Source: Salmonella phage SPLA10. From it: 40,000 bases of DNA. The position numbers and the translations under genes were made by a program. The notes below the pieces were generated by a model. The model did not search any database, was not told the origin of the DNA, and saw only the letters and a list, made by a program, of their open reading frames with translations. The stretch lies in the sequence record OR413575.1; one strand, 5' to 3'. This document shows, piece after piece, positions 17,720 to 26,803 of the stretch; the stretch's first letter is position 1; every line of letters begins with the position of its first letter.

Positions 17720-18065
17720 AACATATTTGTTATTACCGATTAATCGTCGTTTGCACAGGTATCTCGCCGAAGTTAGGGGAGGTATGTTCGGAGAACAGTT
17801 ATTGTCGATGGTACTTACCGGTTTTCTACAGAACATGCTTGTACACGAGTTTGACCTGAAAAAGCATTTGAACGACATTGATTATATCGACGGTGTATAT
17901 GGAAGTGAAGCGCTTGAATTTCGACGTGAGGCATCTATAGCCATTACACGTATGACTATTCGTTACCGTAACCATTTCGATACGAAAAAGGTTAAAGGTA
18001 TTAATATTTATAGAGCAACGTTTTCGAAAACAGCGTTGCGGTTTGTATACGAGGTTATATCATGA
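17709..18065 (+). CDS. small protein, cassette member 8
   Basis: MRDETYLLLPINRRLHRYL… / …KGINIYRATFSKTALRFVYEVIS. Confidence 0.75.
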   Translation: MRDETYLLLPINRRLHRYLAEVRGGMFGEQLLSMVLTGFLQNMLVHEFDLKKHLNDIDYIDGVYGSEALEFRREASIAITRMTIRYRNHFDTKKVKGINIYRATFSKTALRFVYEVIS

Positions 18066-18544
18066 ATGGTATAGAAGCAACTTATATCATCCCAGCCTCA
18101 GGATTAAGAGGATTGAAACCTGAGGAGTTCTTTAAAGGGAATTTTGATTTTCTGGACTCTGGTTTTGTAATTGAAACCGCTGTTCAAATGTACTTGGATT
18201 ATTTGATTGATGGTGAGGACGATAACTGGCAATCTGCAGCAGAAGATGCAGTGTTCCGTGAATATATTGGAACTATTAAGTCTATTGCTAAAGAGATTGT
18301 ATTCAGAGATAAATCTCCAAGGACAGCGATGGAGAGAGGTAACGGATTATTGGCCGCATCTGACTTGGTCGATAAGTTCATTAACGATATAACCAATCAT
18401 ATATCATCCGTGAGTACGTATATCTCTAATTTACCCACTGCGTCTGATTTACAGGAACTCGTTTACCTTACGGAAGGCGAGCTCATTGTACAGAACGCAT
18501 ATTTACGCGGGAAGAACATACGGTTTCGTATTGTGGAGGTTTGA
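18062..18544 (+). CDS. small protein, cassette member 9
   Basis: ATGA overlap; MNGIEATYIIPASGLRGL… / …LIVQNAYLRGKNIRFRIVEV. Confidence 0.78.
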   Translation: MNGIEATYIIPASGLRGLKPEEFFKGNFDFLDSGFVIETAVQMYLDYLIDGEDDNWQSAAEDAVFREYIGTIKSIAKEIVFRDKSPRTAMERGNGLLAASDLVDKFINDITNHISSVSTYISNLPTASDLQELVYLTEGELIVQNAYLRGKNIRFRIVEV

Positions 18545-18912
18545 TGGAACCTGACTATGTCGTTCTACCCACGCGGGATTTTATAGACAAAGTCGGAGAT
18601 ATCTTTAACTATGTACCTGAAACGTTTAACTTCAATGAGGAAATGTTTATAGGCTTTGCAATCGATTCAGTATTTAATGATACGTGGTCAGACACACGAG
18701 AATTTATAATGAATTGTTTTTCTCATGCCCGTACCACTACCGATGAAGAACGTGAAATGATCCTGGACATTGTCGAGAATAAGTTTATCGACGTGTCTGA
18801 TTCACTCAGGTATAGTTACGATCAATATCGAAGATTATTCAGACCCAGGTGGCGTGTAGATCTGGTTAAGATTAATTGGGCGAGTAAATCACTGGTGCTG
18901 AAACTATTATGA
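18544..18912 (+). CDS. small protein, cassette member 10
   Basis: Coupled start; MEPDYVVLPTRDFIDKV… / …RVDLVKINWASKSLVLKLL. Confidence 0.75.
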   Translation: MEPDYVVLPTRDFIDKVGDIFNYVPETFNFNEEMFIGFAIDSVFNDTWSDTREFIMNCFSHARTTTDEEREMILDIVENKFIDVSDSLRYSYDQYRRLFRPRWRVDLVKINWASKSLVLKLL

Positions 18913-19226
18913 ACTCAGTAATATGTATCCAAAGTCAAAGTGTCGGTGTATTGGCGAGTCGTATGCAAGGATTCCTTGTCCGCAATGATCTACCCACTAC
19001 ACCTGACTTTTTACAAAAGACCTTCACTGAATTGTTAGAGATCGACTTCATGACATTGAACCCTGTTCAGTACATGCAGTTTTTCCGCGACTACCCGCAA
19101 TCGGATAAGTTATATTTCCGTATTGCGCAACATATCCTCGATGCGTTAGGTGAAGATGTTTCTGTCCGTGCTGTTCAGGTATTGTCTTTATCTGGCCCGA
19201 ATATCACGGTTAGTATCGATCATTAA
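18909..19226 (+). CDS. small protein, cassette member 11
   Basis: ATGA overlap; MNSVICIQSQSVGVLASR… / …AVQVLSLSGPNITVSIDH. Confidence 0.75.
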   Translation: MNSVICIQSQSVGVLASRMQGFLVRNDLPTTPDFLQKTFTELLEIDFMTLNPVQYMQFFRDYPQSDKLYFRIAQHILDALGEDVSVRAVQVLSLSGPNITVSIDH

Positions 19227-19236
19227 GGGGAGCCTT

Positions 19237-19653
19237 ATGGAAATCCTGGGCAAGTTCGATTTAGGCGACACTGTCACGTTTCAATTACAATCTGGAGCGA
19301 TGGCGATTATTCCTGATTCGTTCACTCGTTGTGTAGTTAAGTCACGAGTGCTGGCTGAAGATGTAGGTCGTTTCGATATCGATCCTTATAGCCTTCACCA
19401 GTTAGTTTATCCGACACTGACGCCTAACAGCTGTCCGTCTGATCCGGATAAGTATAAGTGGCTAATTATTAAAACACTGAGCGGTAGTACATTAGCTATC
19501 GGCGAACCATGGGTCAACGTGGATACTATTGAAGCTGTTACGAACACAGGCTTAACTATCTATTGCAGTTCATCTCCGAAGAACGGATTGAACTTAGCAA
19601 GACAGGTACTTACAGCCAATGGGTTCGTGGTAGCATCTATTGTCCCCGATTGA
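19237..19653 (+). CDS. hypothetical protein (138 aa)
   Basis: ATG 19237 after AAGGGGAG RBS; the upstream extension overlaps the previous gene. Confidence 0.75.
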   Translation: MEILGKFDLGDTVTFQLQSGAMAIIPDSFTRCVVKSRVLAEDVGRFDIDPYSLHQLVYPTLTPNSCPSDPDKYKWLIIKTLSGSTLAIGEPWVNVDTIEAVTNTGLTIYCSSSPKNGLNLARQVLTANGFVVASIVPD

Positions 19654-19663
19654 TTCATGTCAT

Positions 19664-19695
19664 AAAGGAGGGCTCGAGCCCTCCTTTATTTTTTT
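19664..19695 (+). terminator. AAAGGAGGGCTCGAGCCCTCCTTT + T-tract
   Basis: Perfect 24-nt palindrome followed by ATTTTTTTT. Confidence 0.9.
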
Positions 19696-19764
19696 GTCTC
19701 GTTTATTTTTGAGTAATTAACCCATTAGTATAGAGAGAATAAATTTAACCAAAAAGGTTTCAAC

Positions 19765-21963
19765 ATGGCCGCGTTAGTTAATAACCCGTTTAACCGAAAG
19801 GCCTCCGATTATGTCCGTGATATTAACGTAATCGATGGGGCGATAAATCAGTTCGCGATTATGATATCGCGGAGTTACAAGATCAGTTATAAGGAAGCAC
19901 GCGACTACGTTGTAGATGAACTGAAGAACGGTTCTAAACGTTTCCGTGATCCTATCATGCGTTACCTCCAACAAGACGAGTTTGAAGACCGTCATCCGGA
20001 GGAAATGAAGTTCAGCCAATATATCCGTAGTGCTGAACGCGATAAGTTGTTAATGGCACCTACGTTTACTCAGATCATTCCACCTGATCGTAAAGAGTCC
20101 ATGCTGTCCAGCTATATCAAGGTCAACTTGGCAAAACGTAATGCCGAAAAGAAAGCACAGCTTCAAGCTGCGAACCATGGCGAGAAGTTCAAAGAGTCTC
20201 TCCATAAGAACAACCAGAACAACAAGAAAATCCTGAACAATGCTATATCAGGAAACCATCGTTCTATCCACAGTATTCTGTACGATCGTCCGGTACACCC
20301 GATATTGACATCTTGTTGTCGTATAGCGAACGGATCTGCTAACTCAAACAATGATAGACTGTTGATGGGTAGTCGACATTACTACACGCCGGATACAGTA
20401 TTGGCTAACATTGCCTCTATTATAGAGATAACTGATTGGCCGTTGGTAAGACAGGCGGTGGATAAACATAATCTACACAAGCCTACAGTAGAAGAAACAT
20501 TAGCCGTTATTAAGCGGTCGACTGACTTATACTGGGTATCGGAACATGCGGGTGGTAACAAACACATCGTCAGGTTTGTAGAATCATTGGATGAGTACGA
20601 ACGAGCTGCTGTTTGTTACATGGGCGACTTGTACCACCTAGCTCAGTTCAACGACAGTGTGATTCGTGAGATTATAGATGCTCTGGTTAAGGAACCAACT
20701 GTTCGTGTCGACAATGACTTTGAATGGTTGAACCATGTTGATGAAGATACTCAGGCGCAGATCAAGGTACGATTCCCTGAGATCGTTGGTAAAGAACACT
20801 TCTGGCATGATGACGTAAAAGCAAGAGATGACTATTGGAAGGTCGGCTCAATGGCTTGTCAGATTTATCAGACGTTAGATAAATATGCCGACGTGATTAA
20901 TGCGTTCCTGATGTCTAAGAACGTCCCGTTCTTAATCAGCGATTTCCCATCAGCAATTCGTCGTGCAGGCGTAGGTTCAGATACTGACTCCGCAATCTTT
21001 ACAGTACAGGATTGGGCAATCTGGTATAACGGTAACGATGATGTTACCTACGAAAACATTTTGTTATCGGAAGCCATGGCGTTTATCGTATCTGAAACAA
21101 CCACTCACAACCTGGCGACAATGACAGTTAACATAGGCGTAACTGATGAGAAGGAAATCTTCCGCCTGTCAATGAAGAACGAGTATTTATTCCCTGTCTT
21201 TATGTTAACGTCGCGTGCTAAGCACTATGCCGCATTACAGAAGGTACAAGAAGGAGTAATCTTCGACAAGGCTAAGTTGGAGAAGAAAGGAGTTGAGTTG
21301 ATTGCATCTAACTCACCGGAAGGTGTGCGTAATGACTTGGATAGATTGATTCTGGATGCCTTACATAAGCAGGAACGAGGTGAACGGATATCGCTACACG
21401 AGTACTTAGTGACTGTAGCCGAGTGGGAGCACCGTATATTCGACTCAATTTCAGCAGGTGAAACGATTTACCTGAAAGCAGCCCGTGTAAAGGAAGAGGA
21501 TGGGTATACCAAGGAAGCAGAGAAGTCACGTTACGTGAACTACATGCTGTGGGATGAGGTGTTTGCGGATAAGTTTGGACAATGCGTACCACCACCATAT
21601 TCTGCGTTAGCGTTTAGTATCATTCCTGATACGAAGACAAAGACGAAGAAATGGATTGATAGCTGGGACGACACAGAACGCGCCGCAAGACTGCGGGCGT
21701 TCATGGAGAAGGTAGGGAAAGTTTATTTGGGTGAGATTCTGTTACCCGAGGATAACATTATGTCCTACGGGATCCCTAAAGAGATTCTGGATGTAATCAA
21801 CGTTCGTAAAATCGTTGCAAAAGCTGTATCGCCGTTCTACTTATTCCTTGAGTCGTTCGAATACTACCTCCAAGACAAAGACCAATGTAAGTTAATCATG
21901 GACTTCATCTCGAAGGAAGATATCGTTCAGTTCAAGATAAATAAGGGACTACCGATTGATTAA
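19765..21963 (+). CDS. family-B-like DNA polymerase, C-terminal palm/thumb portion (732 aa)
   Basis: Motif C-like AGVGSDTDSAIF; motif B-like KKILNNAISG…ILTSCCRIA; TSRAKHYAALQKVQEG…KLEKKGVELIASNSPEG resembling the KxY/KGV region. Confidence 0.75.
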   Translation: MAALVNNPFNRKASDYVRDINVIDGAINQFAIMISRSYKISYKEARDYVVDELKNGSKRFRDPIMRYLQQDEFEDRHPEEMKFSQYIRSAERDKLLMAPTFTQIIPPDRKESMLSSYIKVNLAKRNAEKKAQLQAANHGEKFKESLHKNNQNNKKILNNAISGNHRSIHSILYDRPVHPILTSCCRIANGSANSNNDRLLMGSRHYYTPDTVLANIASIIEITDWPLVRQAVDKHNLHKPTVEETLAVIKRSTDLYWVSEHAGGNKHIVRFVESLDEYERAAVCYMGDLYHLAQFNDSVIREIIDALVKEPTVRVDNDFEWLNHVDEDTQAQIKVRFPEIVGKEHFWHDDVKARDDYWKVGSMACQIYQTLDKYADVINAFLMSKNVPFLISDFPSAIRRAGVGSDTDSAIFTVQDWAIWYNGNDDVTYENILLSEAMAFIVSETTTHNLATMTVNIGVTDEKEIFRLSMKNEYLFPVFMLTSRAKHYAALQKVQEGVIFDKAKLEKKGVELIASNSPEGVRNDLDRLILDALHKQERGERISLHEYLVTVAEWEHRIFDSISAGETIYLKAARVKEEDGYTKEAEKSRYVNYMLWDEVFADKFGQCVPPPYSALAFSIIPDTKTKTKKWIDSWDDTERAARLRAFMEKVGKVYLGEILLPEDNIMSYGIPKEILDVINVRKIVAKAVSPFYLFLESFEYYLQDKDQCKLIMDFISKEDIVQFKINKGLPID

Positions 21964-23014
21964 ACCGGTCGGCTATATCGCTAGCCCTTACTCCTTCAAT
22001 ATTCAGATACCCACCGGACTTCAAATCCCGGAAACGTTTCTGTAAATATTTAAGGGCGAACCCATTATCTTTTGAACCAGATTGAAAACTCATTTGCGCA
22101 AGTGTTTCTAACCAAGGTAATGTACCGATAGTTAATACACCTGCGTTACCTGAGCCAACAGGGATGTTGGGCATCTGGAGGAAATCCCAAACAGTGTTCC
22201 CGTTCAGTAACAGGATAGATTGAGCGAGATCAATAAGGTTGCGTGGTTTTAGAGCGTTATGTTCTAACAGATACTGAACGTCAGGAGAGACGAGAGGTTC
22301 TGCATCAGGGACGCTGAACACGTAGTTCTTGCGCTGAGGGGTAATGGAATGTCCCATTAACTGAGCACTGATGTGGTTGAAGTAAGAAACATCAGCATCA
22401 CTCCGCATCATGTTAACCAAAGGGTATTGGAACACGAACTGCTCAACACCAGGCATCACTTCGAGATTCTGACGAGCCCACTGTTTCCACTTGTGGAACT
22501 GCAAGGCTAGTAAAGGAATGTCAACAGTGATTACGGCGTAACCCTCAATCTTTTTCGATCGTGAGCCATCGCGAATATTGAGAGACATGTCGTTATAAGG
22601 GTGGTATAGAACTTTCACAGGAGTGAAGTCTTGCCATAACCCCTCAATGGAAACCAGCGGTGTATAACCGTTAGTCACGGATACGACATATTCTTTGATC
22701 TTAGGATCAAAGAAGGAGTTCTTAGATGCGGGACCTACCTTAGCATTGTAGTCGGTAAAGCCAACTGCGCGCGCGATACGGGAAGTCCTTGCATCTACTT
22801 CATTATAGTAGAGCTTATCGTTCTTCTCGTAAGAAAGTCCGATCTGCTGGAGTATCTTAATAAGGATATGGTCAGACTCAACAACGTGAGTTGTACGTCT
22901 ATAGTTATAAGCAGCACGGATAAGACCTTCATCTACTCGCTCGCTCAGATAGCCATGTCGAGGAGGGTTTATTAACGGTACGTTCCGTTTATCTGTTCTG
23001 AATAAGGAAAGCAT
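21932..23014 (-). CDS. hypothetical protein (360 aa)
   Basis: Long - strand ORF; 3' end overlaps the polymerase gene by 32 nt. Confidence 0.82.
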   Translation of the reverse strand: MLSLFRTDKRNVPLINPPRHGYLSERVDEGLIRAAYNYRRTTHVVESDHILIKILQQIGLSYEKNDKLYYNEVDARTSRIARAVGFTDYNAKVGPASKNSFFDPKIKEYVVSVTNGYTPLVSIEGLWQDFTPVKVLYHPYNDMSLNIRDGSRSKKIEGYAVITVDIPLLALQFHKWKQWARQNLEVMPGVEQFVFQYPLVNMMRSDADVSYFNHISAQLMGHSITPQRKNYVFSVPDAEPLVSPDVQYLLEHNALKPRNLIDLAQSILLLNGNTVWDFLQMPNIPVGSGNAGVLTIGTLPWLETLAQMSFQSGSKDNGFALKYLQKRFRDLKSGGYLNIEGVRASDIADRFNQSVVPYLS

Positions 23015-23101
23015 AACTTGCTCCTGTTTATGGTTTACATAAGATTAGCTATCCGATCGTGTAAAAAATAAATACTGTATATATTGTATGTAGAAATACA
23101 T

Positions 23102-23120
23102 TGCTGGGTCGCTCCCAGCA
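23102..23120. promoter_or_regulatory. TGCTGGG-tcgct-CCCAGCA hairpin in divergent intergenic region
   Basis: 7-bp perfect inverted repeat. Confidence 0.5.
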
Positions 23121-23173
23121 TATCCAGATTTGATGTATGTCCAGTAAAAAGGCATTTCTAAAAAATCTACAGT

Positions 23174-23191
23174 TATACATTACTATAGTGA
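23174..23191 (+). promoter_or_regulatory. Putative early-type phage promoter TATACATTACTATAGTGA
   Basis: Match to recurrent motif. Confidence 0.75.
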
Positions 23192-23206
23192 AGTAGTAGA
23201 ACCTAC

Positions 23207-23228
23207 TTTATAAAAGCGCTTTTATAAA
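23207..23228 (+). repeat. 22-nt perfect palindrome TTTATAAAAGCGCTTTTATAAA in 5' leader
   Basis: Directly visible inverted repeat between promoter motif and RBS. Confidence 0.85.
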
Positions 23229-23254
23229 CAAGTTTATCTGAGGAGTAAAGTACC

Positions 23255-25273
23255 ATGGCATTTGTAGACAACAAAAAAGATAAAGCAACTGATGTTGAAG
23301 AAGTAACAGTAGAAGTAGCTGTTGAAGTGACTGAGCCTGAACAACCGGCTGAGTCAGTTCGTGAAGAGCGTCGTAACAACGCTCGTAAAGTACGCGGCGA
23401 TCGTCCAGTACAACGTCGCAGTCGCGACGAAGAAGAAGAAGTAGAACAACAACCCCGTAAATCTCGCACTAAAGGTAATGAAACTATGAGCAACCCAATG
23501 GATCTGATGTCCCGTTTCGCTGCGCCGATCGCTTCCCTGTCTGGCAGCCACCTGGAAAAATTCGCAGCACCGATTAAAGAGTTCATGGAAAACCACCATG
23601 CCTCTTTCAAAGAAAACTACGGTATGGATTTCGAAATCTTCCGTATTCCTTCTGAAGTTAGCCGTATCCGTCTCGAATCAGTAATCGTCGCAGCAACCTT
23701 CGGCCCGGCGAACGATCGCGAAACTCTGGCGTACACCATCCTGCTCCCATCCTCCGGTAGCCTGGGTACTCAGTACACTGAAGGCGAACGTGGTCGTAAC
23801 GGTATGGCATACAGCGCCGTAGCTTCCGATGCGTACAACGATGCATTCTGCACCAACGTAAACCGTGCAATTGCAAACGGCCGCGGTGACAAAGGCGAAA
23901 TCATGCACATCGGTGCACTGACTGTTCCGCCGATCTACGATCTGTCCGATAAAGAGAAAGTTGGTCAGTTGATCATCCACGCAGTAACTGTTGTTCACTA
24001 TCAGCACGTCGGTAACTCTTCTGAGATTAACGACATGGCGCTGGTTGACCTGCTGCCGCAGAATGACGATGATGATCGTCGTGGTCGTGGTTCCGATTAC
24101 GCACTGACTTCCAACGTTGTGTATAAGCCGGAAGAAACTGTGAACTTCCTGGGTCTGCCGCAGTCCAGCGATATCTCCGTTGAGATCTCTTTGGGTCGTG
24201 ACCGTGGTCGTGGTCGCGATCGTGATCGTAGCCGTAACGCACTATCCGTAGAACAGAACTTCGTCCTGGGCCGCCTGAGCGCAAACGTCGATCTGGTTTA
24301 CATCGGTGAAGCAGATGACGGTGGTCGTCGTCGTGGTCGTAATACCTTCATGCGTCGTCGCCGTCAAGAAGACGATGTAGTACCGGTATACGGTATTGCA
24401 CTGAACGTAACGGATATCTTCACTGAAAACCGTGACGTAATGTCTCTGCAGCTGACCACTCTGGCTAACCTGCCGCTGCTGATCAAAACCGAAATCCTGG
24501 AAACGGCGCTGCTGCCAACTGCTGACGAAACTCGTCTGCGTGATCCGCGTGCACTGCTGCTGGAACAGCCGGGTGAAGTTGACGATCTGGATATCTCTGA
24601 GCATCCGGACGAGCGTGAGTGGAGCAACCTGATGGAAGCTATCTGCCACGAAGACAACACCTTTGTATTCCTGCACGTACCGCGTACCGGTATCCACAGC
24701 CAGCTGATGACTGCGCTGATCAACGCGACCTCTGGCGATAGCGAACTGCAAGACCAGGCGTACGATCTGATCAACCGCGTTCTGAACGCTGCGACTGATA
24801 ACGAATGGAACGAAGTTGGTGGTCCTTCCATCGAAATCGGTGAGCTGGAAAACCGTCAGTCTCTGAACGGTTACTGGACTGGTCCGAATGGCGAACGTCT
24901 GAGCCTGAACGGTATCGGCCGTTTCAACATGCTGACCCGCTACGGTAAAGATCATCCGGAATACCTGGAAAACTACGACGCTGCTATCGATGGCGTTGAT
25001 GACCTGGACGTTTCTAACGCCCACATGGAAGAACTGCTCATGGCTTATACTTCTAAGTCTGCTCAGCTGATCGACCGTAACGATGTTATCCGTCTGAACC
25101 CGGAATGGCTGGCTGCTATGGCAGAAGCATACCGTGCTTCCGGCGTAACCATCGATGCGGAAGGTATCTCCACTGAAAATGGTCGTCGTCGTCAGATGTC
25201 CGATAAGTTCGCAACTGGTTCTCTGGACACCGGTCTGTACCGCACTCGCGGTCGTGGTCGTAACCGCCGTTAA
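23255..25273 (+). CDS. highly expressed 672-aa protein; candidate phage nuclear shell protein (chimallin) by position only
   Basis: GAGGAG RBS, promoter motif, strongly CTG/CCG/CGT-biased codons; acidic N-terminus and RG/RD-rich inserts; adjacent to RNAP beta' fragment gene. Confidence 0.4.
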   Translation: MAFVDNKKDKATDVEEVTVEVAVEVTEPEQPAESVREERRNNARKVRGDRPVQRRSRDEEEEVEQQPRKSRTKGNETMSNPMDLMSRFAAPIASLSGSHLEKFAAPIKEFMENHHASFKENYGMDFEIFRIPSEVSRIRLESVIVAATFGPANDRETLAYTILLPSSGSLGTQYTEGERGRNGMAYSAVASDAYNDAFCTNVNRAIANGRGDKGEIMHIGALTVPPIYDLSDKEKVGQLIIHAVTVVHYQHVGNSSEINDMALVDLLPQNDDDDRRGRGSDYALTSNVVYKPEETVNFLGLPQSSDISVEISLGRDRGRGRDRDRSRNALSVEQNFVLGRLSANVDLVYIGEADDGGRRRGRNTFMRRRRQEDDVVPVYGIALNVTDIFTENRDVMSLQLTTLANLPLLIKTEILETALLPTADETRLRDPRALLLEQPGEVDDLDISEHPDEREWSNLMEAICHEDNTFVFLHVPRTGIHSQLMTALINATSGDSELQDQAYDLINRVLNAATDNEWNEVGGPSIEIGELENRQSLNGYWTGPNGERLSLNGIGRFNMLTRYGKDHPEYLENYDAAIDGVDDLDVSNAHMEELLMAYTSKSAQLIDRNDVIRLNPEWLAAMAEAYRASGVTIDAEGISTENGRRRQMSDKFATGSLDTGLYRTRGRGRNRR

Positions 25274-25314
25274 TTATTCCGGGTGATATCCACCTTGGAG
25301 TAATGTTGTAGGAT

Positions 25315-25342
25315 AAGGGAGCTTCGGCTCCCTTTCTTTTTT
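25315..25342 (+). terminator. AAGGGAGC-TTCG-GCTCCCTT + T-tract
   Basis: 8-bp stem, UUCG loop, T-run. Confidence 0.92.
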
Positions 25343-25366
25343 GTCTATTAGACGTCTGGAGTAGAG

Positions 25367-26803
25367 ATGGGTATTAAATTAGCGTTTCCGGATTTTGACC
25401 GTGATTTTCATGCAATCGGTGAATCTCCGTTGCTGCTCAACTCGATCTACGATGATGACTGCGATGTAAAATCCCCAATCAACGCTGTAATGGTAACCGA
25501 ATATGATGGCGATTATATTCAAACTCTGCCAAGTTGTGCGTGTGGTAATATCGTAGGTCGTCCTAACTACGACGTACGTTGTCCGAAATGTGATACAACG
25601 GTAATGTCCCCGGTTGAACGTGGGTTCGTTACTGATGTTTGGGTAGAAGCACCTGAAGGCGTGGTGAGCTTTATTATTCCAACTTACTTCGCGATGCTGG
25701 ACGCAGCTTTTAACAAGAATGGATTCAACGCATTCCGGTACCTTTGTCATAACCGATATAAGATCGAGCCAAAGGGTCGTAGAATTGCGGATGCAGTGAA
25801 TGAACTGATGGTCCGTATTAATGTTAAACGTGGCTATAATAGTTTCATTGAGAATTTTCCACTTGTGTTTGGAGCCCTGATGGAAATGACCGCTTTTAAA
25901 GATAAGCGAGCGAACAATGAAAAAGTATTACAGCTGTACCACATGGAAGGTCGTAAACTATTTCCGCGATTCCTTCCAATGCCGTCAAAGCGTTCTGTTA
26001 TTACAGAGAAGTCCGGTAAATCTAGAAAGATCGCCGGTGGTTATCAACATCTATTAAACGGTGCAAGTGCTCTATACGAGTCTTGTAATCCAGCTTTAAC
26101 AACACCGGATCGTGAACGTGCTACTTTTACAGCACTGACCATGTTCCGTGATTATCATTCTTTCGTTGACCGTGAGATCTTAGGATCTAAAGAAGGATGG
26201 TATCGTAAACATGTTTTCGGCTCTCGTATGGGACCTACATTCCGAGCTGTTATCACATCGCTTGCTGGGATACATGACTACGATGAACTCTATCTTCCAT
26301 ATGGAGTAGCCATCGCCACATTCCGACCGTACATCATGAACAAGTTGCTTCGTCGCAACTATACGGTTAACGACGCAGAAAGATTTATCATTAACGCGAT
26401 TACCGCGAAAGGGGATCAGGCAGATAGTCCGATGATGGCTATCATTAATGAACTGATCGAAGAATGTCCGCATAAAGGATTACCTGTATTATTCGGTCGA
26501 CAACCTACGCTGAACTTACGTTCAATTCAGTTGTTGTACGTTACTACAGTTAAATCTGATCCGGCTGATAATACTATCAGCTTCTCTGTATTGGCGTTGA
26601 AAGCACCTAACGCCGACTTCGATGGAGATCAGATGCAGTCCATGCCTATCCTTAGTCATGTTGACTGGGAACGTGCTAAGATGCTTGCACCACATTCGGG
26701 TGTAAACTCCTTAGATGCGCCACGTTCTTTGAACCGTAACCTGGAAATGCCGGATACAGATTTCTCAATCCTGAATAACTTTATGTATGGGGCCCACCGA
26801 TGA
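25367..26803 (+). CDS. multisubunit RNA polymerase beta' subunit, fragment with catalytic Mg-binding loop (478 aa)
   Basis: NADFDGDQM; GRQPTLNLRSIQ (cf. GRAPTLHRLGIQ); Zn-like CACG…CPKC; SRMGPTFRAVI. Confidence 0.93.
   Translation: MGIKLAFPDFDRDFHAIGESPLLLNSIYDDDCDVKSPINAVMVTEYDGDYIQTLPSCACGNIVGRPNYDVRCPKCDTTVMSPVERGFVTDVWVEAPEGVVSFIIPTYFAMLDAAFNKNGFNAFRYLCHNRYKIEPKGRRIADAVNELMVRINVKRGYNSFIENFPLVFGALMEMTAFKDKRANNEKVLQLYHMEGRKLFPRFLPMPSKRSVITEKSGKSRKIAGGYQHLLNGASALYESCNPALTTPDRERATFTALTMFRDYHSFVDREILGSKEGWYRKHVFGSRMGPTFRAVITSLAGIHDYDELYLPYGVAIATFRPYIMNKLLRRNYTVNDAERFIINAITAKGDQADSPMMAIINELIEECPHKGLPVLFGRQPTLNLRSIQLLYVTTVKSDPADNTISFSVLALKAPNADFDGDQMQSMPILSHVDWERAKMLAPHSGVNSLDAPRSLNRNLEMPDTDFSILNNFMYGAHR

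Noticed and set aside
19727-19745. TTAGTATAGAGAGAATAAA upstream of the DNA polymerase as an early promoter
   Set aside because: AT-rich but does not align with the consensus; could be another promoter class, undetermined
24242-25024. 260-aa minus-strand ORF opposite the 672-aa gene (plus 23203-23610 and 24364-24831 ORFs)
   Set aside because: Lies antisense to a strongly codon-biased gene with RBS and promoter; long antisense ORFs are expected from biased codon composition
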